Shown: positions 1-12,851 of the stretch, piece after piece
Numbering within the stretch: position 1 is the stretch's first letter
Layout: each line of letters opens with the position of its first letter
NCBI RefSeq assembly: GCF_006345805.1
Contig: NC_043004.1
Location: 78,492,001-78,556,000, forward strand
Reading direction: 5' to 3'
Source: Octopus sinensis
Lineage: Eukaryota
DNA: 64,000 bases
Notes under the pieces: generated by a model
What the model was told of the DNA's origin: nothing
The model's database searches: none
Seen by the model: the letters and a program-made list of their open reading frames with translations, nothing else
Translations under genes and position numbers: made by a program

Positions 1-6
1 CACGCA

Positions 7-322
7 TGCACACATACATACATACATACATACATACATACATACATACATACATACATACATACATACATACATACATACATACATACATACATACATA
101 CATACATACATACATACATACATACATACATACATACATACATACACGCATACATGCATACATGCATACATACATACATACATACATACATACCTACCCT
201 CCTACCTACATACATACCTACATACATAGATTCATACATACATACATACATACCTACATACATACATACATACATACATACATGCATACATACATACATA
301 CATACATGCATACATACATACA

Positions 323-356
<34 letters not shown>

Positions 357-537
357 CATACATGCATACATACATACATACATACATACATACATACATA
401 CATACATACATGCATACATACATACATGCATGCATACATAATACATACATACATATATACATACATATATGCATACATATATGCATACATATATGCATAC
501 ATACATAGCTAAATGCATACATACATACGTATATATA
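7..537. repeat. (ACAT)n microsatellite
   Basis: Near-pure catacata array; source of the spurious HTYI/MYVC ORFs. Confidence 0.97.
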
Positions 538-540
538 TAT

Positions 541-852
541 GAAGGTGCATGACTGAGTGGTTAAAGCGTCGGGTTTACAGTCATGAGGTGTGAGTTCGAT
601 TCCCAGACCGGGTTGTGTGTTGTGTTCTTGAGCAAGACACTTTTTTTCACGTTGCTCCAGTCCACTCAGCTGTAGAAATGCCTTTCCCTTGGATAACCTC
701 AATGGCGTGGAGAGGAGGAGGCTGGTATGCATGGGTGGCCGCTGGTCTTCCATTAACAACCTTGCACAGACTAGTACCCCGGAGGGTAACTTTCTAGGTG
801 CAATCCCATGGTCATTCATGACCGAAGGGGGTCTTTACCCATTACCCTGTAT
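541..852 (+). mobile_element. tRNA-derived SINE with RTE-derived bipartite tail
   Basis: tRNA-like head (gactgagtggttaaagc ... gagttcgattccc), central gttcttgagcaagacac domain, tail similar to the 5' UTR and 3' end of the RTE at 58640-62302. Confidence 0.8.
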
Positions 853-937
853 ATGTGTGCATGTGAGTGCGTGTATGTGTGTGTATGTGCGTGTATGTGT
901 GTGTATGTATGTCTATGTGTGTATGTGCATGTGTGTG

Positions 938-1021
<84 letters not shown>

Positions 1022-1022
<1 letters not shown>

Positions 1023-1350
1023 CGAAGGCGCGTGGCTTAGTGATCAGAGTATTCTGCTTATGATGGTAAGATCATGAGTTCGATATCCAGGCGGTGCGTT
1101 ACGTCCTTGAGCCAGACACTTTATTTCCCATTGCTCCAAACCAGTCAGGTGACAAAAATGAATTGTACCTGTATTTCAAAAGAGCCGGCCTTATCCCACT
1201 CTGTGTCACGTTGAATCTCCTTGAGAACTACGTTAACGGTACACGTGTCTGCGGGTTGCTCAGCTACTTGCACGTTAATTTCAGGAGTAGCTGGCTGTTC
1301 CGTTGATCGGTTCAACTGGAACACTCGTCCTCGAAACCGACGGAGAGCCA
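1022..1350 (+). mobile_element. tRNA-derived SINE (decayed)
   Basis: ggcgcgtggcttagtg head, gagttcgat B-box, cttgagccagacactt core; related to 52300-52570 and 53325-53790. Confidence 0.7.
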
Positions 1351-1371
1351 TTATATATATATATATATATA

Positions 1372-3070
1372 GGTTCAGTAAAATTTAGATTCAGTTGAAT
1401 ATGGTACTTAAGTTAAAGGCACCAGAATTTAGTATGGTTTTATCCATATGATTCCAAATGGGGTGATTACAATCAAAATAAGCAACAAGGATATCCAGAG
1501 GTAATGCAGTACGATCGTTTCATGCGACTCCATTTAATTGAACAATGCAAATATTACATCATTTTAAAAATGTATAGCAATCTTCAGCTGCATAAAAAAT
1601 AGAATTTAGTTAAATTCAAAGGATTCTTTTGTATAGTTATTCTATTAACTAAAATCACAAAGAGGATAAGTAGATAGACAAAGAACATGTTTTATCAACA
1701 ACATCATAGTTGTAACTGATATTTTTTTCACGGGAAGACACTGCTTATCATTGATTTTAATTTGTTATTCAGATTTACCACGGGGGTGGAGGTGGGGCAG
1801 TTCTAATTTATAGACTAGTTTAACAAGTCTAATGGAAACTAGAATCTATCTTTTATGGATAGAGTAAAAAGACAGTTTAAGTGGCAGTCATAAATCAAGA
1901 TTTCTTTGAAGTAAAAACCAAAGAAAGTTGGTGTAAAACTGGAACAAGAAAAAAAGAAACGAAATCAAGAATTACATCTTCGTTCTTCCCGATAGCAGAA
2001 AGCTCATTAAATACAACTAGTATAGAAGAAATAGCAGAAAATATGTCAAAGTCTGCGAGATACCAACTCAATCCAGAGCGGTGGGTATCTTCTAATTCGT
2101 TAAAAGAAACCTGTCTATGTGTTTACACCTGCTAAAAATTTCAGATCTGGAATTCAACGGTGTGTTAGAATTGTTGGATCTAAGAAGAATATGAAGAAGT
2201 CTTTCTGCTAGGCATAAGTTGCATTTCTTAGATCTATTAACATATGGCTTGGATTTCCCCACTGTTCTCCAATTAATTGTATTAGGTGTGTAGCTGCTTT
2301 TCAAATTCCATACGTGACTAACCAACTTAGTTGCATTGCTTTTATCTATGTGCCAGAAAGAAGAGGGGGGTATGCATGACGTCTCTTGAATTCGCCCTCA
2401 CATAACCCGATGTAATCCTTCTTATTAATTGATTCGTTTTGAAGCGTAGTTGTAACTTCAGCCTCGTGTATGACTGAGTTTATCATACTCGCCTGGTCAA
2501 GTGGGTAAGCATCAGGATCTCGACAGTTACAACTGAGAGTTGTCGCTTGGTGATTTTTACTAGTTATAGTGTTCTTCAGCTGTATGATATTTCAATTGAA
2601 CGCCTGTAAAAGATTTCCTGTATTTATGATTTATTGGAAAATGCTTATCAAGAAGAAACAGGAATTTCTTCCCTACGTTAGTCTTAACGTTAAGGGAGAC
2701 AGGAGAAGCAAGCCATATTATTTTCCTAGGTCTATTTTTTTTTTGGTCTATTTTTATGATTCGTATTTTTACTTAAAGAGTTGTAATATATTTTATCTTT
2801 GAAGCCGTTGTTAGCTAGGACATTGATATAGTAGGGGGGGATGCTTTACCAAATATTTGTTTAGAAGATAATTTGATATCCTATTACTAATGTTAGCTAT
2901 CAGGTTTTTAAAGACTATAGTGGGGTGACAAGACTGTTTATGTACAAGAGCTTCTCGTTTGGCTTATGATACGGTTTGTAAGAGCGGGATTTTAAATCTA
3001 GGGAAACAAAAAAAATCAACTTTTGACAGATTAGTAGTAACAAGGATTTTGAGGCCTAATTGATTAAAGT
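1372..3070 (-). mobile_element. Penelope-like element, 5'-truncated (RT C-terminus, GIY-YIG endonuclease, 3' terminal repeat)
   Basis: Minus-strand translation gives the typical PLE C-terminus (HVWNLK...INW...KSKPY...KKCNLCLAERLLHIL...LNSRSEIFSRCKH) and a decayed YIGLCEGEFK GIY-YIG motif near 2380-2480; many stops and frameshifts. Confidence 0.8.
1504..1593 (-). ncRNA. Type I hammerhead ribozyme motif in the PLE 3' repeat
   Basis: Minus strand: AUGCAG-CUGAAGA-stem II-GAAA-CGAUCG-UA-CUGCAU; 6-bp stem I, palindromic stem III (ACGAUCGU), GUA triplet; U-U at the base of stem II. Confidence 0.7.
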
Positions 3071-3076
3071 TATACC

Positions 3077-3108
<32 letters not shown>

Positions 3109-3359
3109 ATATATATTATATATATATATATGTATGTATGCATGTATGTATGCATGTATGTAGTATGTATGTATGTATGTATGTATGTATGTATGTATGT
3201 ATGTATGCATGCATGCATGCATGCATGTATGTATGTATGTATGTATGTATGTATGTATGTATGTATGTATGTATGTATGTATGTATGTATGTATGTCTAA
3301 GATATTCTTGAATTAGAAAACCAATCATCTAGAATTCACTAACAGGTAACAAAATAATT

Positions 3360-3608
3360 GCCTTTTCTTTCCTTCCTTTCTTTCTTACTTTTCTATTTTT
3401 TCTTCTTTCCCCTCTTACTTTCCTTTTAATTCTTTCATTCTTTCTTTCTTTCTCTCTCTCTTTCTTCTTTCTTTCTTTCTTTCTCTTTCTTTCTTTCTTT
3501 CTTTCTTTCTCTCTTTCTTCCTTCCTTTCTTCCTTTCTTTCTTACTTTTCTCATTTTTTCTTCTTTCCCTTCTTACTTTCCTTTTAATTCTTTCATTCTT
3601 TCTTTCTT

Positions 3609-3641
<33 letters not shown>

Positions 3642-4421
3642 CTCTTTCTTCCTTCCTTTCTTACTTTTCTCATTTTTTCTTCTTTCCCTTCTTACTTTCC
3701 TTTTAATTCTTTCATTCTTTCTTTCTTTCTCTCTCTCTCTTTCCTTCTTTCTTTCTCTCTTTCTTCCTTCCTTTCTTACTTTTCTCATTTTTTCTTCTTT
3801 CCCTTCTTACTTTCCTTTTAATTCTTTCATTCTTTCTTTCTTTCTCTCTCTCTCTTTCATTCTTTCTTTCTTTCTCTCTTTCTTCCTTCCTTTCTTACTT
3901 TTCTCATTTTTTCTTCTTTCCCTTCTTACTTTCCTTTTAATTCTTTCTTCTTTCTTTCTTTCTCTCTCTCTCTCTCTCTTTCTTCTTTCTTCTTTCTCTC
4001 TTTCTTCTTCCTCTACTTTCTCATTTTTTCTTCTTTCCCTTCTTACTTTCCTTTTATTCTTTCAATCTTTCTTTCTTTCTCTCTCTCTCTTTTCTTTCTT
4101 CTTTCTCTCTTTCTTCCTTCTTTCTTACTTTTCTCATTTTTTTTTTCCCTTTACTTTCCTTTTAATTCTTTCATTCTTTCTTTCTTTCTCTCTCTCTTTC
4201 TTTCTTCTTTCTTTCTCTCTTTCTTCCTTCCTTTCTTACTTTTCTCATTTTCTTCTTCTTTCCCTTCTTACTTTCCTTTTAATTCTTTCATTCTTTCTTT
4301 CTTTCTCTCTCTCTCTTCTTTCTTTCTTTCTTTCTCTCTTTCTTCCTTCCTTTCTTACTTTTCTCATTTTTTCTTCTTTCCTTCTTACTTCTCTTTTCAT
4401 TCTTTTTCTTCTTTCTTTCTT

Positions 4422-4452
<31 letters not shown>

Positions 4453-4542
4453 CTTCTCTCTTTTTCCTTCCTTTCTTCCTTTCTTTCTTACTTTTCTAAT
4501 TTTTTCTTCTTTCCCTTCTTACTTTCCTTTTCATTATTTCTT

Positions 4543-4575
<33 letters not shown>

Positions 4576-4830
4576 CTCTTTCTTCCTTCCTTTCTTACTT
4601 TTCTCATTTTTTCTTCTTTCCCCTCTTACTTTCCTTTTCATTCTTTCTTTCTTTCTTTCTTTCTCTCTTTCTTTCTTTCTTTCTTTCTCTCTTTCTTCCT
4701 TCCTTTCTTCCTTTCTTTCTTACTTTTCTAATTTTTTGTTCTTTCCCTTCTTACTTTCCTTTTCATTCTTTCTTTCTTTCTTTCTTTCTCTCTTTCTTTC
4801 TTTCTTTCTTTCTTTCTCTCTTTCTTTCTC

Positions 4831-4867
<37 letters not shown>

Positions 4868-4920
4868 TTTCTTTCTTCTTTCTCTCTTTATCCCTCCAAC
4901 TGCCTCACTCCCTTCCTCCT
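3360..4920. repeat. Polypyrimidine higher-order minisatellite (about 115-120 bp unit, about 12 copies)
   Basis: The motif ttctttccc(t/c)tcttactttccttttaattctttcattc recurs at roughly regular spacing among (CTTT)n/(CT)n runs. Confidence 0.85.
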
Positions 4921-5400
4921 TCTCTAATTTATATTATCCTTCTGTCCTTGGTGTTGCATTCTCCAAGTTCCATCGGGTGAGAAAGTTCGCAGAACCATGA
5001 TGCATGTTTGACAAATCAAAGTTAAACAGAATCACTCGTAGACTTGTATCCATTCCTGTTTACTGTAAATATGACAACCAAATTTCTATTGGCGTTAGAT
5101 TTCCCCCGATCCCTTCTTAGATATAAATACACACACATATAACTAATATATAACTAAATACGTACGTATGTATGTGTATGTGTATGTATGTGTGTATATG
5201 TATAAATATGTGTGCGTATGTATGTGTTTATGCATGTATGTGTGTGTATGTATGTACGTGTTTACGTATGTATGGATGTGGATGTATGTGTTTATGTATG
5301 TATGTGTGTGTATGTATGTATGTGTTTATGTATGTATTTATTCATGTATGTGTGTATGTGTGTGTCTGTATGTATGTGTGTATATGTATATATGTATATG

Positions 5401-5432
<32 letters not shown>

Positions 5433-5499
5433 TGTATGTATGTATGTATGTATGTATGTGTGTATATATATGTCTCTTCTTCTTTTTAATTTAGAGTAA

Positions 5500-5975
5500 A
5501 CTTTGATTGGCCACCTACTTCGAGGCAAGGTTGTGAATGAAAGTGTCTTGATTGAACCATCATCCGCTAAATCTTAAGAAAGTCTTGTAGATGTTTATTG
5601 TCCCACATATCATGATCGTTTGTAGCTTATGAATTAAGGATTCGTATTCTCCCCCCCACCTCAAGAACCCAAATTCAACCAAACTTTGCTCCAGATGGGT
5701 TGGTATGTGTCCTGTTGATCCAATAATAATAATAGGTATGAAACTGAAAGTGCATCTTGGATACCGGATTTACAGGCTCCTTATCAATAGTTCGTAGATG
5801 TCTTCTTTCTCTGGTATTTTCCTAATCACATACGTCTCCAAAATGCAGCCGATTTCCACAAAAGAACATATCTTTTCTTTGTGGTTGCACACAACGATAT
5901 TTGGTCTTTTGTATTTTAACTCAGTGGCTTCTTTAATTTTGAAGTTCTCCCAATATTCGTTTTGACCCGTCAGTT
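5500..5975 (-). mobile_element. R4/Dong-like LINE fragment (restriction-like endonuclease)
   Basis: ORF 5770-5979 has YKRPNIVV..HKEKICSFVEIGC...KE.IYELL, matching the RPD-x-E..K RLE motif; a related fragment lies at 6690-6890. Confidence 0.6.
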
Positions 5976-6001
5976 TCAATATGACTGAACAAGTAAAAGA
6001 G

Positions 6002-6046
<45 letters not shown>

Positions 6047-6600
6047 AATTACAATGGGACAAGAACGCAAAACATTCAAATAGACGACACAAAAAAGGGA
6101 CGGGTCATTCGTAGCCTCTAATCTTCAGTCAAGAACCGGATCATCCTCGCAATTTCAGCTGATATATATATTGATCAATTGATAAAATTGTTGATGAATG
6201 ATTGGATCTTTTTTTATCTCTTTCTTTCTTCAAAGATGTTTGTGAAATACTTCGCATGACTTAGGAAAAATCTGATGGCAAGAACACAAGACAAATGACA
6301 CGCACAGGTACATTCCACATATTCCTACAATTGTTGGTTAGCGCAAGCTGGGCTTTGCTAGGCAATGATGTCGCGCTGAACACCAGGTCGTATCGGATGG
6401 TATATTTTGGAACCGTCCGTGCTCTTATTGGGAACGAGTACCATTCGAATACACTTGATGAAATTTTAATTACTGTGAAAACCTTTGAAAGTCTACTATG
6501 AGATTTCCTGGTTTTCTTTACCTGTAACCAATTGTTATTGGCAAAGATACACATGAGATCGAGGACTTGAAGCGCATCTCGGTTGCAAACACTCCAAAAG

Positions 6601-6631
<31 letters not shown>

Positions 6632-6912
6632 TGTATGTATGTATGTATGTATGTATGTATGTATGTATGCATGCATATTCATTTTCTCTTTTTAATTTGG
6701 AGCTATTTTTGTGCGGCTACCTGCTTGTTAGCAAGGTTGGGAAAGACAGCATCTTATTTTATCAAAAATTCTTTTAATCTTAAGGTCTTGCAGATTTTTA
6801 TTGTCCGAGATATCGTAATTATTTGTGGTGTGTGAATGAAGGATTTGGATTCTCTCCTACAACCCCAAAATACATACATACTTTATTCCAGAGGATATGT
6901 ATTGAATGCAAG

Positions 6913-7595
6913 CCTGGGCACCAAACCGTTAATCCGTTCATCGTTAATTAACAAAGTTAACATTTTCGTTAACGATTTAACTTTTAAGTTAACTTTGAAA
7001 ATCACTATCGGACTAATTAACTTCCATTACATCTAACTTTCGTTAACTGAAGTTGCTGGGCTCAAGGACTTGAAGTCCAAGGGCCTCGTCTACTACAGCC
7101 GCTTGATCGACGCACTTTTAGCAGACATCGACAAAAGGTTTAGGGTCCCCGCTAGAGGATGAAGAATGCCAGCTGGCTGCTGCCTTCCACCCCAGGTTTC
7201 GCCTCTTCTGGTTGGATAAGTATAACAACACCAAGGTTGCCAAGGTGGGGAAACGCATGGAGGGTAAGGTCGAGGAGGCTATGAGGCAGCAGTCTGACGA
7301 AGTGAGCAGTAACAATGAAAAGGAGGAGGACTTCTTCCGTGGTGTCACCCAGCCAAAAGAAAGCATCGGGAGACACAGGTCACTCAAGGACAAGGTCCAG
7401 AATTTAGTCAAGACCTGGTTGAAGACCATCTCCAAAGATCTACTGACAGACGAGCAAGAGTTGTTGCATTTCTTCATCAAGTTCAACACTGCCAACCTCT
7501 CCAGTGCTGCAGTGGAGTGTTTGTTCTCTATGGGCAAGGACATTTTGAGGGCCAAGAGATCATCCGTGTCTGATGCTAATTTTCATGAAGGGCAA
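6913..7595 (+). mobile_element. hAT transposon remnant (terminus plus transposase dimerisation domain)
   Basis: FIKFNTANLSSAAVECLFSMGKDILRAKRSSVSDANF matches the hAT C-terminal dimerisation motif; preceded by cctgggca and gttaac-rich subterminal repeats. Confidence 0.75.
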
Positions 7596-7661
7596 AATGG
7601 AGAACGAGAAGAGGAAAAACTAAATTCTGTATATCTTTTATCTTTTATCTTTTACTTGCTT

Positions 7662-7890
7662 CAGTAATTTTTTACTAGTTTCATCTTGTCTCTTTGTTTT
7701 CTCTCCGTGTTGATATATGAACAATTAAGGTGGTTTTAGAGTCAGATCATGGCTGCTATTTTCAACATGGTGGTATCTCGTAGATACCCTAATTTATAAT
7801 TTTAATAATTATTACCTTTGAAGGTTATTTTTTCCATGCTGACCACTTGATAAAATCGTTGTTTTATTTTTAAATTAACGATCTTATCCT
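7662..7890 (+). repeat. Direct repeat, copy 1 of 2 (about 230 bp)
   Basis: Nearly identical to 8856-9082. Confidence 0.9.
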
Positions 7891-8134
7891 TATTTATATA
7901 AATTTAAATTTATTTCGTCACTGTATTTACTGCGGCGATATTTTGACCATATCTCACGTGGAATTAAACGGCGGGCATTTTGAACTGGCCATGACGCATA
8001 CGTGCATATATACTCTTTACTCTTTTACTCTTTTACTCTTTTTTCAGTCATTTGACTGCGGCCATGCTGGAGCATCGCCTTTAGTCGAGCAAATCGACCC
8101 CGGGACTTATTCTTTGTAAGCCCAGTACTTATTC

Positions 8135-8525
8135 TATCGGTCTCTTTATATATATAAACGGCAGTTTGTCTGTGCGTTTTCTGTGTGTCTGTTTTCTCGT
8201 ACCCTCACTCTGACACGGCTTTCAACCGATTCTGATGAACTTGACACACACATAGCCCAATGTCATAATCAAAACTAACGCAGCGAAAATTTTGAAAAGT
8301 TCCCCCAGTTCTGAAAAAAATCGATAAATTCGACATGGGGTCGACAATCAGAAATCCAAAACACAGACCGTCTAGGGGACGCAACTCCACCTTTTTTAAC
8401 TCTCAAAAAAAATTTACCATCATTTTTTTTCCCTTTTTTTGCTATATTTTGGCTATAACTCTCTAAAAATGCTTTATAGTTATTTCCCTTACAAACCTGA
8501 GCAACGCCGGGCGATATATGCTAGT
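8135..8525 (+). mobile_element. Non-autonomous Helitron-like element
   Basis: tatatataaa 5' end with gtctgt motif; 3' gagcaacgccgggcga hairpin followed by CTAG, next to (TA)n; the 3' end matches 40610-40692. Confidence 0.65.
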
Positions 8526-8544
8526 ATATATTATATAGTAGATA

Positions 8545-8575
<31 letters not shown>

Positions 8576-8855
8576 GTATATCTAATATATATATATATAT
8601 ATTATATATATATATGATATATAATCATATATGTGTATATATATATATGTGTGTGTATATATATATATATATTATATATATATATATATTATATATATAC
8701 ATATGTGTGGTGTGTGGGATACGTCGTATATGAAGTATTCGTATGTTGTATTTATATATATATATATGTATTTATGTTTCTCTTCTGTGTGTATTCTACT
8801 GACGAGGCAAAGCATTCCTAAATGCAAAGTCAGAGATCCGGGATCTAGAATTATC

Positions 8856-9082
8856 CAGTAATTCTTTTACTAGTTTCATCTTGTCTCCTTGTTTTCTCTC
8901 CGTGTTGATATATGGACAATTAAGGTGGTTTTAGAGTCAGATCATGGCTGCTATTTTCAACATGGTGGTATCTCATAGATACCCTAATTTATAATTTTAA
9001 TAATTATTACCTTTGAAGGTTATTTTCCATGCTGACCACTTGATAAAATCGTATTTTATTTTTAAATTAACGATCTTATCCT
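8856..9082 (+). repeat. Direct repeat, copy 2 of 2
   Basis: Nearly identical to 7662-7890. Confidence 0.9.
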
Positions 9083-9171
9083 ATATATTATATATATTTA
9101 TATATATGTATATATATATATATATATATTAGATATATCTATATATATATATAATATATATATATATATAT

Positions 9172-9294
<123 letters not shown>

Positions 9295-9612
9295 TGATTT
9301 AATTACATATATATTTGAAATTTTATACTTATATCTCTTTGTCTATTTACAATTACTGTATATTGTATATATGCCTTTACTGATATATGTAATGGTGTAA
9401 TAAAGTATTGATTGGGTATCATCTGATAGATTGTTTTATTTGATTTAGTATGTTTCTCCATTTTTAATTTTGTATTATATATATATATATATGTATATAT
9501 ATAAGGTTATCAATGACATCTTCATATAGCATTAATCTGTATGAACTAACATGACATGATACGTGTCATGTTTTCATTGGGTCATGTGTAATAAACTCCA
9601 AAATTATCCAGT

Positions 9613-9649
9613 TATAAATGTGTTAACATGTTAAAGAAATGTTAGTCAC
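9613..9649 (+). promoter_or_regulatory. TATA box plus initiator, putative core promoter of peptide gene A
   Basis: TATAAAT at 9613 with the A of TTAGTC at 9644 (31 nt spacing); ATTGG (reverse CCAAT) just upstream. Confidence 0.55.
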
Positions 9650-9745
9650 AGTGAAAAACCTTTTCAAAGTCCACTGTGAGATTTTCTGATTTTTTGCAGC
9701 TGTAACCAATATTACAGTCCAGCTCTGAGAATTGTGCTGTTTGTT
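9644..9745 (+). other. Putative non-coding exon 1 of peptide gene A
   Basis: Unique sequence from the Inr to a consensus GTAAGT donor at 9746-9751; no ATG-initiated ORF; linkage to exon 2 is inferred. Confidence 0.5.
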
Positions 9746-10089
9746 GTAAGTACGTTTCCTATTTTTATAAAACTGAAATACAAATCTTTTGAATACATTA
9801 TTCTAAAATATTATTTAAATGGTGTTCGCTTTGAGAGATCCTCTCATATAAATAGACGGGGCTAAAAGTACAGACATGTTATTTAAGTAATGCCACATGA
9901 GGTGTCATTAACAGGTATAAAGAAATGAATGTAGTAATTTTGTTTGTTTTGGAAACGTAAAGGAAATAGGGAACTGCAGACATACTTGTTTATACACATG
10001 TTCTTTGACTTGTTTGAGTCATTTGACTATGGCCATGCTGGAGCACTGCCTATACAAAAAATACACAAAGCATAAACATAGACTTACAC

Positions 10090-10330
10090 ATATATATTTC
10101 TTTACTACCCACAAGGGGCTAAACACAGAGAGGACAAACAAGGACAGACACACGGATTAAGTCGATTACATCGACGCCAGTGCGTAACTGGTACTTAATT
10201 TATCGACCCCGAAAGGATGAAAGGCAGAGTCGACCTCGGCGGAATTTGAACTCAGAACGTAACGGCAGACGAAATACAGCTACGCATTTCGCCCGGCGTG
10301 GTAACGTTTCTGCCAGCTCGCCGCCTTACA
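10090..10330 (-). mobile_element. tRNA-derived SINE
   Basis: Reverse of ggcggcgagctggcagaaacg...gagttcaaattccgccgaggtcgac family; many copies in the window. Confidence 0.85.
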
Positions 10331-10919
10331 CATATAAATAGACTTACACATATAAATACGAATCACACATATACATATACACAATGTTACGGAGATATAC
10401 ACATTCAACAACTGTACATCCAGCGCTGGATTAACCATTAAGCAAAATAAGCACGTGCTTAAAGCATCAAGGGAAGACGGGGCACCACAGAAATAATAAA
10501 TGGTTTACGGCACAAAAGAAATAACTTCAGACTTGCTAAAATAATATCCAGGATGCCTTTAACTCTGCTAAGTATAGAAGCAGATATGTTGCGAAATATT
10601 GGTTCTGAGCATCTTTGCAATTGAAAGACTTTGTAATTAAAGAATTAGGAGAAAACTTCAAATATAAATAAAGTGGAAGTATACAAAAATAAACATTATT
10701 TTCCATCTGTTTTCTTTTGTTTAATTCTGTAAAATAAGAAATAATTATTTAATGGTTGATAATTCTATCATTTATTCTTTTACTTGTTTTAGTAATTTCA
10801 CTGCGGCCATGCTGGAGCACCGTCTTGCTTATATTTTCAATTACATGTTTATGAGGGTAGCGTAATCTTTTAAGTGTTCAGGGCATCCATGGATCTTAAC
10901 CTGGTTCTATTCTTTTATT

Positions 10920-11295
10920 CTTTTAATCTTTTATTTGTTTCAGTCATTTGACTGTGGCCACGCTGGAGCACCACCTTTAGTCGAACAAATTGACGCCCAG
11001 GACTTATTCTTTGTAAGCCTAGTACTTATTCTATCGGTATCTTTTGCCGAACCGCTAGATTACAGGGATGTAAACACACCAACATCGGTTGTTAAGCGAT
11101 GGTGGGGGGACAAACACAAACACACACACATATATGTATGTATGTATGTATGTAAGACGGGCTTCTTTCAGTTTCCGTCTACCAAATCCACTCACAAAGC
11201 TTTGGTCGGCCAGAGGCTATAGTAGAAGACACTTGTCCAAAGTGCCATGCAGTGGAATGAACAATCTACTTATCACACAGCCACTCCTGCGCCTA
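10920..11295 (-). mobile_element. tRNA-derived SINE, second family
   Basis: Reverse of ggcgcaggagtggctgtg...gacggaaactgaaagaagcccg...aaatgactgaaac; partial copies at 8020-8130, 20340-20510, 38815-39020, 42920-43300, 52835-53010, 55190-55400. Confidence 0.85.
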
Positions 11296-11296
11296 T

Positions 11297-11341
<45 letters not shown>

Positions 11342-11774
11342 GTGTATTATAAAAGGTTTATTCAAGTTTTCTCCCTCTCATTTGTAGAATGTAAGCCTGA
11401 CACTAACAAAATGGCAAGGCCCTTCTGTGTAAGGGTCAAGACAGTTCTTGGGGTTTGTGAGTATGCGAATTGCACGACGTGTGCTTCTGTGAAAGTGTGT
11501 GTACGCATGCATGTGTGTTCGTGTGTGTGTGTTTGTGTGTGTTTTTGTGTGTGTGTGTGTGCGTGTGTACATGTGTGTGTGTTTGTGTGTTTGTGCGTGT
11601 GTGTGTGTGTGTACGTGCGTGTGCGTGTGTGTGTGTGTGTGTTTGATGTGTGTTTGTAAGAGTGTGCGTGTTTTTTTGTGTATGTGCGCGTGCGTGTGTC
11701 TACAAAATTCTTTATATTATCAGGAAATAGAAAACCAATCATCTCAAAATGTTCAACGGATCGATTCTATTATC

Positions 11775-12360
11775 TTCCTTCCTTCCTTCCTTCCTTCCTC
11801 CCTCCCTCCTTCCCTTCGTTCCATCTGTCTTTCCGTCTTTCTTCCTTCCGTTTTTCCTTTCTTTTCTTTCTTTTTCTTTTTGCTCTTTCTTTCATTCTTT
11901 TTTTCTTTCTTTCGTTTTTACTTTGCTTTGTTTTTTTCTCTCTCTTTTGTTTTCTTCCTTCCTTCCCTCCTTCCTTCTTTCCTTCCCTCCTTTCTTTCTT
12001 CCTTCCTTTCTTTCTTCCTTCCTTTCTTCCTTCCTTTCCACCTTCCTTTCTTTCTTTCTTCCTTCCTTCCTTCCTTCCTTCCTTCCTTCCTTCCTTCCCA
12101 CGTTCCTTCCTTCCTTCCTTTCTCCCCACCTTCGTTCGTTCGTTCGTTCGTTCCTTTCTTTCTTCCTTCCTTCCTTCCTTCCTTCCCACGTTCCTTCCTT
12201 CCTTCCTTTCTCCCCACCGTCGTTCGTTCGTTCGTTCCTTCCTTCCTTTTTGCTCTTTCTTTTGTTTTTTTCGTTCTCTGTCACTCTTGTATACTTTTTG
12301 CATTCTTATTGCCTTCTTTCCTTTCTGTTTTCCTTCCTACCCTTTTCTCTTCTTTCTTTA
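11775..12360. repeat. (CCTT)n/(CTTT)n polypyrimidine tract
   Basis: Direct inspection. Confidence 0.9.
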
Positions 12361-12851
12361 CTCTCACCCTCTCACTTTCACCCCACCCCTCCCCCAACAG
12401 TCTTATACGTACATTGTTCACTTTTAATTTATGTTGCCAACAATAAACACGGTCAAGAACTCCTGATATCGGCGGCCTTTACAGTGACGATGTTCTGTCT
12501 CTGCCTGTCACCAGTTAAAGTAAACAGTGTCACATATCAAACCTGTTTACTATTGGCATGACAAAACATTCCTAGCGGCGTCGCGCTTCTGCTTGTCCTT
12601 CGTATGTACACACACACACACACACACACATACATACATACATGCATATATGTATGTATATATATATATATTACAAAATTAGAAAATGGAGAAACATACT
12701 TAAATCAATCAAACATCAACCATCAGATGATACCCAAACAATACTTTATTACTCATTACATAACAGTAAGGCATTATACAAAATAATTGTAATATAATTA
12801 GACAAGGAAATAGAATATAAAATATAAAATATAATATGTAATTATATCATA

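Noticed and set aside
541-620. tRNA genes at SINE heads
   Set aside because: A/B boxes are present but continue into SINE bodies without an acceptor stem or terminator.
6090-6130. Minus-strand ctgaaga...gaat motif
   Set aside because: GAAA and stem I are lost; at most a dead PLE remnant.
7212-7667. 151-aa ORF as a host gene
   Set aside because: hAT transposase C-terminal remnant.
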